This document shows positions 19,149-28,578 of a DNA stretch of 64,000 nt, one piece after another. Origin of the DNA: Sediminibacterium sp. (GTDB lineage: Bacteria; Bacteroidota; Bacteroidia; Chitinophagales; Chitinophagaceae); contig DASWXD010000004.1 in assembly GCA_036405675.1 (NCBI GenBank), positions 4,766-68,765 of the forward strand, written 5' to 3'. Position numbers and translations under genes: made by a program. Below the pieces are notes generated by a model, which searched no databases, had not been told where the DNA came from, and worked only from the letters and a program-made list of their open reading frames with translations. How positions within the stretch are numbered: the first letter of the stretch is position 1; the number at the start of each line of letters is the position of its first letter.

Positions 19149-19508
19149 GGTTTTGTTCCCGTCGTTGTTAGAACCGATCAGGGCTTCGATCAGTGAAGAA
19201 ACAAAACTGACCACCAGGCTGAACAGTAAAGCAGATACCCAACCATCTACCGTAAAACCCGGTACCAGACTGGCGGCCCATTTAATGATCAGGATATTGA
19301 TGAATAAAAGGAAGAGTCCGAGGGTGATAATGGTAATGGGAATAGTCAGGATGATCAGGATAGGCTTGATAAAACTATTCAGCAAACCCAGCACTACGGC
19401 CACCAGCAAAGCCGTTACCGTACTATCTACCTGTACCCCTTTCAATACATAAGCGGCGAACAGAACAGCCACAGCTGTAGCGATGGTTTTAGCAAAGAAC
19501 CTTCCCAT
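19143..19508 (-). CDS. Phage holin family (YvlD-like 4-TM) membrane protein
   Basis: LGLLNSFIKPIL, LTIPITIITLGLF, VPGFTVDGW; ATG at 19508. Confidence 0.85.
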   Translation of the reverse strand: MGRFFAKTIATAVAVLFAAYVLKGVQVDSTVTALLVAVVLGLLNSFIKPILIILTIPITIITLGLFLLFINILIIKWAASLVPGFTVDGWVSALLFSLVVSFVSSLIEALIGSNNDGNKTS

Positions 19509-19540
19509 ATGGATCTTTTGAAAGGTTAAGTTACCATTTA

Positions 19541-19626
19541 AATATCGAATATCGAACAGGGAACACCGAATATCGATCGGAGCGTTACTTCGGCGTTCGA
19601 TATTCCCTGTTCGATATTCGATATTC
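19541..19626. repeat. Inverted repeat of tandem AATATCG/AACAGGG heptamers (family B, copy 1)
   Basis: AATATCG AATATCG AACAGGG AACACCG AATATCG ... CGATATT CCCTGTT CGATATT CGATATT. Confidence 0.92.
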
Positions 19627-19633
19627 AAAATTC

Positions 19634-20914
19634 CTACACCACTACCACTTCATAAAACGAATCCGGCTCCAGGTAATGCTGGGCAAGGGCCTGGATCTCT
19701 TCGGCGGTGATGGTTTGTACGGTTTTAATGCTGTTGTAGAAATATTCTTCGGTCAGGCCGTTCAGGATATAATTCTTCCAGCGGGCAATGATCTGGAACG
19801 GGCCATCCAGGTCTCCGAGCAGGGAGCCGATCATGTAATTGCGTACCAGGTCCAGTTCTTCTGCTTCTACGGGTTCATTGCGCAGGATCGCCATTTCTTT
19901 GTACACTTCTTCAATGGTAGCAGCGCATACATCCCGCCCCGCTTCGGTGCTGATCATCCAGGCGCTGGTATGGATATGGTTCTGCATATAACTATGTATG
20001 CCGTAGGTATACCCTTTGTCTTCGCGGATATTACTCATCAGTCTGGATCCGAAAAAACCACCGAAAATATTATTCAGCACCTGTGCCTTTGAAAAATCAG
20101 GATGATGCCTGTTAGGGAAGGGCCGCGCAATACGGATCGCTCCCTGTACACCATTCTCATCATTGATGATATTGTATTTTTTGGTCTCTGCCGGGTGCGT
20201 GTTAAAGTTTACCGCAGGCAGGTTTTGTGGCTGAAAAGGCAGGTGTCCGAAATTGGTATTCAATTGTTGCTGAATATCCCCAGGCAATTTACCTGCCACG
20301 AATACCAGGCATTTACCCCCCGTATAAAATTTCCGGTAAAAAGCATCCAGCTCATCGCGCTGCAGGTTATCGTAATCCAGTGTAGACGTATATTTTCCGT
20401 AGGGATGATGAAACCCATAAACATATTCATCAATCAACCGGTTAGCAATGAAGTCGCATTTCTTCAGGTTCACTTCCAGTCTTTGTTTCTGGTTCTGCTT
20501 ATAAATCGCCAATTCTTCTTCGGGGAAAATACATTCCGTCATCAACTCTGCTACCACCGGCAACAGTTCCGGTAAATGTTTACTGAGGCAATGCAGGGTA
20601 ATAGTGGCTGTTTCATTATAACAGCTCCTGTTCAGGTATGCACCATAAAAATCAAAATGCTCATTTATAGTAAAGGCTTTTTTCTGCCGGGTACCATTCT
20701 TGAGCATGAAGTTGGTGGTGGCAGCTACAATATTTTTTTCTTCGTACCAGTTCCCCGCATAAAACACCCATTCTACCAGTATCACTTCCTGTGCTCCCGC
20801 ATCTATGCTGTACACAGGTACTCCATTATCGAGGGTGTACTGTTCGTAGGGTGGTAACTGCAATTGCATATTAACCGCATCAATGATCTCCGGCGCACTT
20901 GTTCTGTTGGTCAT
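19634..20914 (-). CDS. M16 (pitrilysin-like) peptidase, non-catalytic subunit
   Basis: No HxxEH; has FGSRLMSNIREDKGYTYGI of the M16 C-domain. Confidence 0.88.
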   Translation of the reverse strand: MTNRTSAPEIIDAVNMQLQLPPYEQYTLDNGVPVYSIDAGAQEVILVEWVFYAGNWYEEKNIVAATTNFMLKNGTRQKKAFTINEHFDFYGAYLNRSCYNETATITLHCLSKHLPELLPVVAELMTECIFPEEELAIYKQNQKQRLEVNLKKCDFIANRLIDEYVYGFHHPYGKYTSTLDYDNLQRDELDAFYRKFYTGGKCLVFVAGKLPGDIQQQLNTNFGHLPFQPQNLPAVNFNTHPAETKKYNIINDENGVQGAIRIARPFPNRHHPDFSKAQVLNNIFGGFFGSRLMSNIREDKGYTYGIHSYMQNHIHTSAWMISTEAGRDVCAATIEEVYKEMAILRNEPVEAEELDLVRNYMIGSLLGDLDGPFQIIARWKNYILNGLTEEYFYNSIKTVQTITAEEIQALAQHYLEPDSFYEVVVV

Positions 20915-20919
20915 GCTCT

Positions 20920-22155
20920 TTACTTAGTGTGATAAAATAAGGTGTTGCTGTTATCGTTCCGGAATACTTCTTTGCAGTATTGCTGCACATCTGCTGCTGT
21001 AATTTCCTGGTAACGTGCCAGTTCGGTGTTCATCAGTTCCGCATCGCCCAGCAGTTCGTACATGGCCAGGCTGTTGGCCCTACTCATCACGCCCATATCT
21101 TCAAATGCAATTACGCTCTCTGTTTTGTTTTTCACCTTCTGCAGTTCAGCATCGCTGATAGCAACTGCCTGTATTTTCTCGATCTCTTCTTCAACGGCTT
21201 TGGCAGCTGCTTCCATGGCAACGCCTTTTACCAGTTTGCCTTCTACGGCCAGTAAACCTTTATCAATACTGCCGAAATGATAACAGTCGATACTCGAGAA
21301 CAGCTGTTTCTCTTTTACCAGTGCCTGGTATAAACGCGATGATCCGCCACCGCCCAGCACTTCTGTGGCAAGGTCCATTACATAATACCCTTTATCCAGC
21401 CGTGCATCCATATGCCAGGTTTTGATAAACGCATCCAACGGCACATCTGCATATACAGTAGATACGCGCGCCTGCGTTTGCCTGGGTTCCTGCGGCAGGG
21501 AGCGGTTGTATTTTTCTCCCATGGGGATATCGCCAAACCATTTCTGCGCCAGTTGTTTGATTTTTTCCAGTTCCACATGTCCTGCCACCACCAGGATCGC
21601 ATTTACCGGCCGGTAATGTTTGAAGAAAAAATTCTTTACATCGTCGATATGGGCATTCTCTACATGACTCAGTTCCTTGCCGATCGTCATCCAGCGATAC
21701 GGGTGTGTGGTATAAGCCAGCTCCCGCATTTTATGCCACACATCGCCATAGGGTTTGTTGATATAGTGTTCCTTGAACTCTTCGCACACTACTTTTTTCT
21801 GCACATCCAGGCTTTTTTGCCCGAAGGCAAGACTCAACATCCGGTCGCTCTCCAGCCAGAAAGCGGTTTCTATGTTTGCTGCCGGTAACTGGCAATAATA
21901 ATTGGTGAGGTCGTTGGTAGTATAGGCATTGTTCTCACCCCCTGCGCGCTGCAGGGGCTCGTCATAATCGGGGATATGGATGCTGCCGCCGAACATCAGG
22001 TGTTCAAACAGGTGAGCGAAGCCGGTCTGGGCAGGGTTCTCATCTCTGGCACCCACATCATACATAATATTCACCACTGCCATCGGGGTAGAATGGTCCT
22101 CATGAACCAGCAACCGCAGGCCATTATCCAATACAAAACGGTCATATCTGATCAT
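20920..22155 (-). CDS. M16 (pitrilysin-like) zinc peptidase, catalytic subunit
   Basis: GFAHLFEHLMFGGS (HxxEH), NAYTTNDLTNY. Confidence 0.93.
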   Translation of the reverse strand: MIRYDRFVLDNGLRLLVHEDHSTPMAVVNIMYDVGARDENPAQTGFAHLFEHLMFGGSIHIPDYDEPLQRAGGENNAYTTNDLTNYYCQLPAANIETAFWLESDRMLSLAFGQKSLDVQKKVVCEEFKEHYINKPYGDVWHKMRELAYTTHPYRWMTIGKELSHVENAHIDDVKNFFFKHYRPVNAILVVAGHVELEKIKQLAQKWFGDIPMGEKYNRSLPQEPRQTQARVSTVYADVPLDAFIKTWHMDARLDKGYYVMDLATEVLGGGGSSRLYQALVKEKQLFSSIDCYHFGSIDKGLLAVEGKLVKGVAMEAAAKAVEEEIEKIQAVAISDAELQKVKNKTESVIAFEDMGVMSRANSLAMYELLGDAELMNTELARYQEITAADVQQYCKEVFRNDNSNTLFYHTK

Positions 22156-22220
22156 ACACACGATTAAAGAAGCTGCAAAATAGGGGATTCGGGAAAACTG
22201 GAACTACGAAAAGAGGAAAA

Positions 22221-22322
22221 TGAACAGAGGAACAGATGAACAGACGAACAAGGAACGGATGAACGGAGAGATTGATTTATTACATTACTTCCGATCATCT
22301 GTTCATCTGTTCCTCTGTTCAA
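22221..22322. repeat. Inverted repeat of tandem GAACAGAN octamers (family A, copy 2)
   Basis: GAACAGAG GAACAGAT GAACAGAC GAACAAG GAACGGAT GAACGGAG ... ATCTGTTC ATCTGTTC CTCTGTTC. Confidence 0.9.
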
Positions 22323-22334
22323 TATTCCCACCCC

Positions 22335-23525
22335 CTACCGCCTGATATCTTTGATATCAATCGTAAGCACCAGGGGTTTCTGGTCGCGGAAGATGACTAC
22401 GCGCATTTTGCCGATGCTGTTCTGGAAGAGGTTTTTGTAGGTCTGGATGTTCTTGGAAACATTGGTTTCTACAGAAAAGATCACATCACCCGGCAGAAAA
22501 CCGGCTTTGTCTCCGGGCGAGCCCGGCATGATATCAATTACCCTGATTTCTCCATCCACCAGGTAAATACCCAGACCGGTATAGGAATAATCGAAGCTTT
22601 CGTTGTAATGCGTATTGGGTTTGATATGGATACTCTGCTCCGGATAGTTCAGGATCACGTTAAAACGGCGCAGGATATCATTGCCGATCAGTCCACCGAG
22701 TAAAGGATACGAAGTAACATTGTATTCATCTTCAAAAATATGTATCGGCACCCGCTTGAACTTGTAAGGGCCCAGCTTCACTTCCTTGACCACCGAAATA
22801 GACATCTGCCGTTTGCCCCCCAGCCCTTCTGCCTGTGTAGGATAAAATTTCCGTTTCTTACGGAATACCACACTATCATCCACAAAATCTTTGGATAACA
22901 GAAAACTGAGTCCCGCACCGGTATCAAAAATAAATCGGCTCACAATCAGCCTGTCGTCCTGTATCGCGGCAGACTGCAACGGAAGCGTAGAGAAATTAGG
23001 TTTCAGCATATAACCGCCGCGGGGATATTTGAAGGAACCCGGCGAATACACTTCGATAAACATGTTATCATAATCCAGTCTTACGATATACCTGCGCAGA
23101 AAGCTGTAGCCGATAATACCGTCGATACGGATCCCGTATACACTGGTCAGCAATTCATAGTCATTGATATGAAAATCGAGCTTTTCTACTTCCAGTGTGC
23201 CCAGTTTCAGGGTATGCCCCATGGTAAAATCCACGTTTTTGATACCTGCGATGCCACGGATGGTCTTTTCTGTTTTTACAGTGGGCAGTTTCAGCAAATC
23301 TACCGTAGTAGAATCCAGGGAAATACCGCCGCTTCCGGTATCAAAAACGAAATTGAGTGTATCGGGATAATTGTCGAGAACGGCCCGAACGATCACGATG
23401 CCGCCGCTTAGCTGGGTAAAGGAGAATCTGGTCAATAGTTTTGCCTCCGGAGAAACAAATTCCTCCTGCGCTTTGCCGCTGATACTAAGGCAAAACATGG
23501 CAAATGCAATTAAGACCGGTTTCAT
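22335..23525 (-). CDS. Aspartyl protease family protein with C-terminal PDZ domain
   Basis: Signal peptide; two retropepsin motifs FVFDTGS and FIFDTGA; PDZ GLGI...GSPGDKAG. Confidence 0.88.
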   Translation of the reverse strand: MKPVLIAFAMFCLSISGKAQEEFVSPEAKLLTRFSFTQLSGGIVIVRAVLDNYPDTLNFVFDTGSGGISLDSTTVDLLKLPTVKTEKTIRGIAGIKNVDFTMGHTLKLGTLEVEKLDFHINDYELLTSVYGIRIDGIIGYSFLRRYIVRLDYDNMFIEVYSPGSFKYPRGGYMLKPNFSTLPLQSAAIQDDRLIVSRFIFDTGAGLSFLLSKDFVDDSVVFRKKRKFYPTQAEGLGGKRQMSISVVKEVKLGPYKFKRVPIHIFEDEYNVTSYPLLGGLIGNDILRRFNVILNYPEQSIHIKPNTHYNESFDYSYTGLGIYLVDGEIRVIDIMPGSPGDKAGFLPGDVIFSVETNVSKNIQTYKNLFQNSIGKMRVVIFRDQKPLVLTIDIKDIRR

Positions 23526-23691
23526 GCAGGTTGAAAATAGGATGATTTCAGATGCAAACGGCCATTATCTGTATGAGGTTGCCCGGATAGAAGATAAACG
23601 GCCCAAATGAAGGACAGCAAATAATTGGTTTTCGATGCAAGGTCAATCAACCATATCGCAGTACCTTTGTTCTTCTTATAAAGTGTTGAAT

Positions 23692-24816
23692 ATGCAATTA
23701 GCCGATCTGTACCAGAAAGCCCTGAAATTTGAGTTCCTCAGTATCGAAGAAGGGATGTTCTTATTTGAACATGCCCCCCTCACAGAACTGATGTATGTAG
23801 CCGATGAAATGCGGAAGATACAGGTGCCTTATAACAAAGTAACCTGGCAGATAGACCGGAACGTGAACACCACCAATGTGTGCATAGCCAATTGTAAGTT
23901 CTGTAATTTTTACCGGATCCCCGGCCATGCGGATGCCTATATCACCGATATGGATACTTACCGTAAAAAAATCACCGAAACCCTGAAATACGGCGGCGAT
24001 CAGTTGCTGTTACAAGGCGGACACCATCCGGAACTGGGACTTGATTTCTATACCAACACTTTCCGCGCCATCAAGCAGGAGTTCCCCACCATTAAACTGC
24101 ACGCACTCGGGCCGCCCGAAGTGGCACATATCAGTAAGCTGGAAAAAATGAGTCACCACGATACCCTGAAAGCCTTACAGGAAGCGGGTCTGGACTCTTT
24201 GCCGGGTGCGGGTGCCGAGATCCTGGTAGACAGGGTGAGACGCCTTATCTCCAAAGGAAAATGCGGGGCAGACGAGTGGCTGGCCGTGATGCACGAAGCG
24301 CATAAACTCAATATCACCACCAGTGCCACCATGATGTTTGGTCATGTGGAAACACTGGAAGAACGTTTTATTCATTTAGTCAGGATCCGGGAAGTACAAA
24401 GCAGGAAACCGGAGAATGCCAAAGGTTTTCTCGCCTTCATTCCCTGGACTTTCCAGGATGTAGATACTTTGCTGGCGCGCATCAGGGGCGTACATAACCT
24501 GACCACACCGGATGAATATATCCGGATGATCGCCATCAGCCGTATTATGCTGCCGAATATCAAGAATATCCAGGCCAGCTGGCTTACCGTGGGTAAACAA
24601 ACCGCCCAGATCTGTCTGCGTGCAGGTGCCAACGATTTTGGCAGTATCATGATTGAGGAGAATGTAGTAAGTGCCGCCGGTGCTCCCCATCGTTTTACTT
24701 ATAAAACCATGCAGGAAGCCATCCGCGAAGCCGGTTTTGAACCCCAGTTACGTGGTCAGCAATACGAATTCAGGGACATTCCGGCCGCCATACAGGAGCA
24801 GGTGATCGATTATTAG
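23692..24816 (+). CDS. mqnC: Cyclic dehypoxanthinyl futalosine synthase (CofH/MqnC radical SAM)
   Basis: DRNVNTTNVCIANCKFC, LLLQGGHHP, LPGAGAEIL, ATMMFGH, NIQASW, GANDFGS; TACCTTTG promoter at 23662. Confidence 0.88.
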   Translation: MQLADLYQKALKFEFLSIEEGMFLFEHAPLTELMYVADEMRKIQVPYNKVTWQIDRNVNTTNVCIANCKFCNFYRIPGHADAYITDMDTYRKKITETLKYGGDQLLLQGGHHPELGLDFYTNTFRAIKQEFPTIKLHALGPPEVAHISKLEKMSHHDTLKALQEAGLDSLPGAGAEILVDRVRRLISKGKCGADEWLAVMHEAHKLNITTSATMMFGHVETLEERFIHLVRIREVQSRKPENAKGFLAFIPWTFQDVDTLLARIRGVHNLTTPDEYIRMIAISRIMLPNIKNIQASWLTVGKQTAQICLRAGANDFGSIMIEENVVSAAGAPHRFTYKTMQEAIREAGFEPQLRGQQYEFRDIPAAIQEQVIDY

Positions 24817-24891
24817 GTCTGGGATTTAACGTTTTGTTGAACCCGCAGGTGATGGATTACAGTATTTTCGTATACAAATAAACCCACCTGT

Positions 24892-25071
24892 ATGAGGTCA
24901 AAATCCATCCTGCTGCTGGCATTAATTGCCGTATCTGTTACGTTTGTGACCTTTTTACTGCTGGAGAGCCAGTCTGTTACCGTAACCTGCGAAAAAAGTC
25001 CTGCCGGCATAAATCCGGATACAGGCGTTCTGGCAAGCCCGGAAAACCACCTGATCGTATCCATCAACTAA
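24892..25071 (+). CDS. Small (59 aa) membrane or secreted protein absent from the ORF track
   Basis: MRSKSILLLALIAVSVTFVTFLLLES...; A-rich leader; followed directly by a terminator. Confidence 0.55.
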   Translation: MRSKSILLLALIAVSVTFVTFLLLESQSVTVTCEKSPAGINPDTGVLASPENHLIVSIN

Positions 25072-25080
25072 ATCATACCA

Positions 25081-25110
25081 ATCCTGCGCTGATACCGCAG
25101 GATTTTTTTT
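25081..25110 (+). terminator. Intrinsic terminator
   Basis: ATCCTGCG-ctgatac-CGCAGGAT plus T7. Confidence 0.8.
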
Positions 25111-25118
25111 CTTTGCAG

Positions 25119-25144
25119 TGTAACATAATACCGGCTGATGCGTA
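25119..25144 (+). promoter_or_regulatory. Candidate ECF sigma promoter TGTAAC-N16-CGTA
   Basis: Resembles the SigW-type TGAAAC-N16-CGTA; 46 nt upstream of an ECF sigma gene. Confidence 0.55.
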
Positions 25145-25190
25145 TAATATCTGAAACAAGGCAAACAACCAAAGCTATTCCCTGCTGTTT

Positions 25191-25676
25191 ATGACCGAGA
25201 AAGCGTACAATGAATGTGTGAACCAATATGCGGATAACGTATACCGGTTCATTGTGAAGAATCTTCGCCATGAAGAGGACGCACGTGATATTGTACAGAC
25301 CGCTTTCGAAAAATTATGGCGCAACAGGGAATCGGTGGAGCCGGATAAATCGAAATCTTACCTGTTTACCGTTGCCTATAACCAGATGATCGACCATATC
25401 CGTAAAAACAAACGGATCCAGCTGAAAGAGGATTTTGCGGAGGATGCAAGGGTACAGCAGGCCACCAATACCAACCTGAAAAAAGTATTGATGGAAGCCC
25501 TGAACCAGCTGAACGAAACACAAAGAAGCCTGGTGATGCTGAAAGATTATGAGGGCTATAGTTATGAAGAAATAGGCGAAATCATGGGACTGAACGAAAG
25601 CCAGGTGAAAGTATACCTGCACCGGGCCCGGTTAACCCTGCGGAATTATTTAGTGAGCGCCGAAAATGTGAGATAA
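25191..25676 (+). CDS. ECF sigma-70 factor
   Basis: DARDIVQTAFEKLW, SYLFTVAYN, EGYSYEEIGEIM...VKVYLHRAR. Confidence 0.95.
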   Translation: MTEKAYNECVNQYADNVYRFIVKNLRHEEDARDIVQTAFEKLWRNRESVEPDKSKSYLFTVAYNQMIDHIRKNKRIQLKEDFAEDARVQQATNTNLKKVLMEALNQLNETQRSLVMLKDYEGYSYEEIGEIMGLNESQVKVYLHRARLTLRNYLVSAENVR

Positions 25677-25730
25677 AACAATCAGTGAAATCATATATCT
25701 GAGAAATCATACAACTAATCAAAATAATCT

Positions 25731-26846
25731 GTGCTTCATATTAACCAACATAATTACGAGGAATTTTTCCTGCTGTATGTAGACGGGGAACTGTCTGCCA
25801 CAGACAAACAGGCCGTAGACCGGTTTGTGCAGGAGAATCCACACCTGGCCGTTGAGCTGGAGATGTTGCAGCAGGCACAGTTGCCCATAGAAGCATGGAG
25901 TTTTGATGACAAGTACCTGCTTTACCGGAATGGCGCAGCAGAGATCAACACCGATAACCACGAAGAGCAGTTTCTGTTATATGTAGATGATGAACTGGAT
26001 GCAGACGGGAAAGAACAGGTAGAAAGATTTGTTTTGCAACACCCTGCATTACAGGAATCCTTTACCCGGCTGAAACAAACCCGGCTGGTACCAGAACTGA
26101 TCCTTTTCCCCGACAAAGCATCGCTGTACCGGGAAGAGAAAAAAGAAAGGCCCGTTATTTACATGCGCTGGCAGCGGATAGCTGTGGCGGCGGTATTAAC
26201 AGGCGTAGCGGTTTTGCTCTGGACCGTGATTCCACAGCAAAGAAATAGTGAGCCGGTATTGGCACAACAAACAGTTGCCCCGGCAGCCAGGGATAATCAA
26301 CCAGCTTCCGTAACAGCACCCGGTACCAGCACCGTTACCGGTGATGATCAAGGCATAACAATTACTGCCGCTAACAGCAACCCGATCAACACTGCAGGCC
26401 CAACGCAGGAGAAAACAGCGGTTGTTACTCCGGCAACCGATCTGCTGGCAGCCCATACCGAAGCGATGAAACCGGTTGATGTGCCAAGAAGCGATGCAGA
26501 TGTAATTGCCACTGTTTCCGGCAATGGATTTGAAACAGTAACCTCTAACACCAACCGGGTTTCGGGCGATAATGCGGTACTGGATCATGTGGATATGGTA
26601 AAACCCGCCAATGAACAGTTGAACAATATCACTGATAACACAGACAACAATATACACCCGGCCGTATATCGGGAACTGGATACCGAATCGGCTGATCAGA
26701 AAAAAACCTTGCTCCTCGGTTCACTGGAGATCAATAAAGACAAACTCCGCGGTTTCTTCAGAAAAGCCGGCAGCATTTTCCGCAGTAAAGCAAAAACGGA
26801 AGAAGAGAGCAGTCCTTCCTCTATCAGTACAAGACCATCAAAATAA
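25731..26846 (+). CDS. Putative anti-sigma factor with duplicated N-terminal domain
   Basis: Two EExFLLYVDxEL repeats, one TM (WQRIAVAAVLTGVAVLLW), low-complexity periplasmic tail; follows the sigma gene. Confidence 0.75.
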   Translation: MLHINQHNYEEFFLLYVDGELSATDKQAVDRFVQENPHLAVELEMLQQAQLPIEAWSFDDKYLLYRNGAAEINTDNHEEQFLLYVDDELDADGKEQVERFVLQHPALQESFTRLKQTRLVPELILFPDKASLYREEKKERPVIYMRWQRIAVAAVLTGVAVLLWTVIPQQRNSEPVLAQQTVAPAARDNQPASVTAPGTSTVTGDDQGITITAANSNPINTAGPTQEKTAVVTPATDLLAAHTEAMKPVDVPRSDADVIATVSGNGFETVTSNTNRVSGDNAVLDHVDMVKPANEQLNNITDNTDNNIHPAVYRELDTESADQKKTLLLGSLEINKDKLRGFFRKAGSIFRSKAKTEEESSPSSISTRPSK

Positions 26847-26863
26847 ACAGAAAAGAAAAAGAC

Positions 26864-27736
26864 ATGAAACGAATCGTTATGGCAGCAGCCTGCCTGCTGG
26901 TTACAGGAATCAGTTGGGCGCAGACAGATAGTTCTGCTAAAAATACAGACACTGTGAAAGTGGGCAACTTCATCATCATTAAAAAGAAGAACGCAGGTAC
27001 TGTTTCTTCGGATGATGATAACAGCAAGCGGCGCGGCTCCATAGAATACAGCATTGAACGCCGCACCCGCAGAAGAAGTAATATCAGCACCAACTGGTGG
27101 ATCATGGACCTCGGTTTTGCCAACATGCGCGATCAGACAGATTATACCGCCGCAGCAGCAGGTGGCTATTTTAAAACATTCCGCCCGGCGGATGGTGCTG
27201 TGAACCAGAACAGTTACAAACTCATCAACGGCAAATCCAGCAACGTGAACATCTGGTTTTTTATGCAGAAAGTAAACCTGATCAAACATGTGGTGAACCT
27301 GAAATATGGTCTGGGACTGGAAATGTACAATTACCGCTATGATACCAGATTAAGTTACCGCAAAGAACCGGCGCCTTTTGTGTTCAACGACTCGATCAGT
27401 TTTACCAAGAACAAATTGTATGTAGAGTATCTCACCATCCCGGTAATGCTGAACATCAATACCACTCCCGATAGCAGAAGAGGTTTCAGCATCAGTGCCG
27501 GGGTAAGTGCGGGTTATTTAACCAATAGCCGCAACAAACAGATCAGCGGCGAGCGTGGTAAACAGAAATACAAAGGTGATTTCAATTTTGAACAATGGCG
27601 CGTGGCCCTGATAGGCGAGATGGGATTGGGTCCGGTACGCGTATACGGCAGCTATAGCCTGAACCGTTTACAGAAAGATGTAACCCGTGTTGAACAATAT
27701 CCTTACACAGTAGGTATCCGCTTCAGCAACTGGTAA
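26864..27736 (+). CDS. Outer membrane beta-barrel protein (porin family)
   Basis: Signal peptide; alternating beta strands; C-terminal YPYTVGIRFSNW. Confidence 0.8.
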   Translation: MKRIVMAAACLLVTGISWAQTDSSAKNTDTVKVGNFIIIKKKNAGTVSSDDDNSKRRGSIEYSIERRTRRRSNISTNWWIMDLGFANMRDQTDYTAAAAGGYFKTFRPADGAVNQNSYKLINGKSSNVNIWFFMQKVNLIKHVVNLKYGLGLEMYNYRYDTRLSYRKEPAPFVFNDSISFTKNKLYVEYLTIPVMLNINTTPDSRRGFSISAGVSAGYLTNSRNKQISGERGKQKYKGDFNFEQWRVALIGEMGLGPVRVYGSYSLNRLQKDVTRVEQYPYTVGIRFSNW

Positions 27737-27770
27737 GATTCAACTTAGTTTTTTTCTCATGTTACACAGC

Positions 27771-27797
27771 GCGCCCCCTTTCCAGGGGGCGCTTTTT
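27771..27797 (+). terminator. Intrinsic terminator
   Basis: GCGCCCCCT-ttcc-AGGGGGCGC plus T5. Confidence 0.88.
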
Positions 27798-27950
27798 GTT
27801 AAGCAGTAAATCCCATATTCAGCAAGTATCATCAGTGGTTAGCGTTTTCTTAAATCGCTGCATCAGCTCTCCGGCATTAACTTAATTTTTGGTGAATTAA
27901 CCAAAACACAACAGGCAGATACGATAGGTTGCTGTTATAAAACCCCATCC

Positions 27951-28490
27951 ATGAACCTACCTGTCTGCCTCTCCGTATTAGGTGTGATCAGCCTCACCCA
28001 AACCTCTTTTAAAAAAATCCCGCCAGACAAACGATTTACCACACCCGGCACTTATTATGTACGGGTAGAAAAACGTAAATATGTTTTGCATTTGTTTGAT
28101 TCCAGCGGAGAAAGAATTGTCAGCTATCCCGTTGTATTCGGCAACAAAGATCTGGGTGATAAAATGATGCAGGGCGACCGCAAAACGCCCGAAGGCATCT
28201 TTCATATCAGTTCCAAACGCCGGCACGAGAAATGGAATGCTTTTCTCTTGATCGATTATCCCAATGCAGACAGCTACCGGAAATTCAATGAACGAAAAGC
28301 CAAAGGATTACTGCCTGCCAATGCACAGATCGGCGGTGGCATTGGTATACACGGCACCTGGCCACGCGAGGATTTTGCCATCGATCAATACCAGAACTGG
28401 ACCGAAGGATGCATCAGCACCAAGAACATGTATATCCAGGAAATTTTTGGGTTATTACCGGTAGGGACGAGGGTGGAAATAACGCCGTAG
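27951..28490 (+). CDS. L,D-transpeptidase (YkuD) family protein
   Basis: GDRKTPEG, IDYPN, IGIHGT...NWTEGCI. Confidence 0.9.
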   Translation: MNLPVCLSVLGVISLTQTSFKKIPPDKRFTTPGTYYVRVEKRKYVLHLFDSSGERIVSYPVVFGNKDLGDKMMQGDRKTPEGIFHISSKRRHEKWNAFLLIDYPNADSYRKFNERKAKGLLPANAQIGGGIGIHGTWPREDFAIDQYQNWTEGCISTKNMYIQEIFGLLPVGTRVEITP

Positions 28491-28578
28491 GAATGTCGAA
28501 TATCGAACAGGGAATATCGAATGTCGAAGTAATATCCGATCGACATTCGATATTCCCTGTTCGATATTCTGCTGTTCC
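28491..28578. repeat. Inverted repeat of tandem AATATCG/AACAGGG/AATGTCG heptamers (family B, copy 2)
   Basis: Fills the gap between two convergent TAG stops: AATGTCG AATATCG AACAGGG AATATCG AATGTCG ... CGACATT CGATATT CCCTGTT CGATATT. Confidence 0.92.

Noticed and set aside
19143-19508. Phage holin as evidence of a prophage
   Set aside because: YvlD-like 4-TM proteins are commonly chromosomal; no phage, lysin or integrase genes are nearby.
24813-25067. 84-aa minus-strand ORF
   Set aside because: The plus-strand 59-aa ORF has a signal-like N-terminus and its own terminator and explains the region better.
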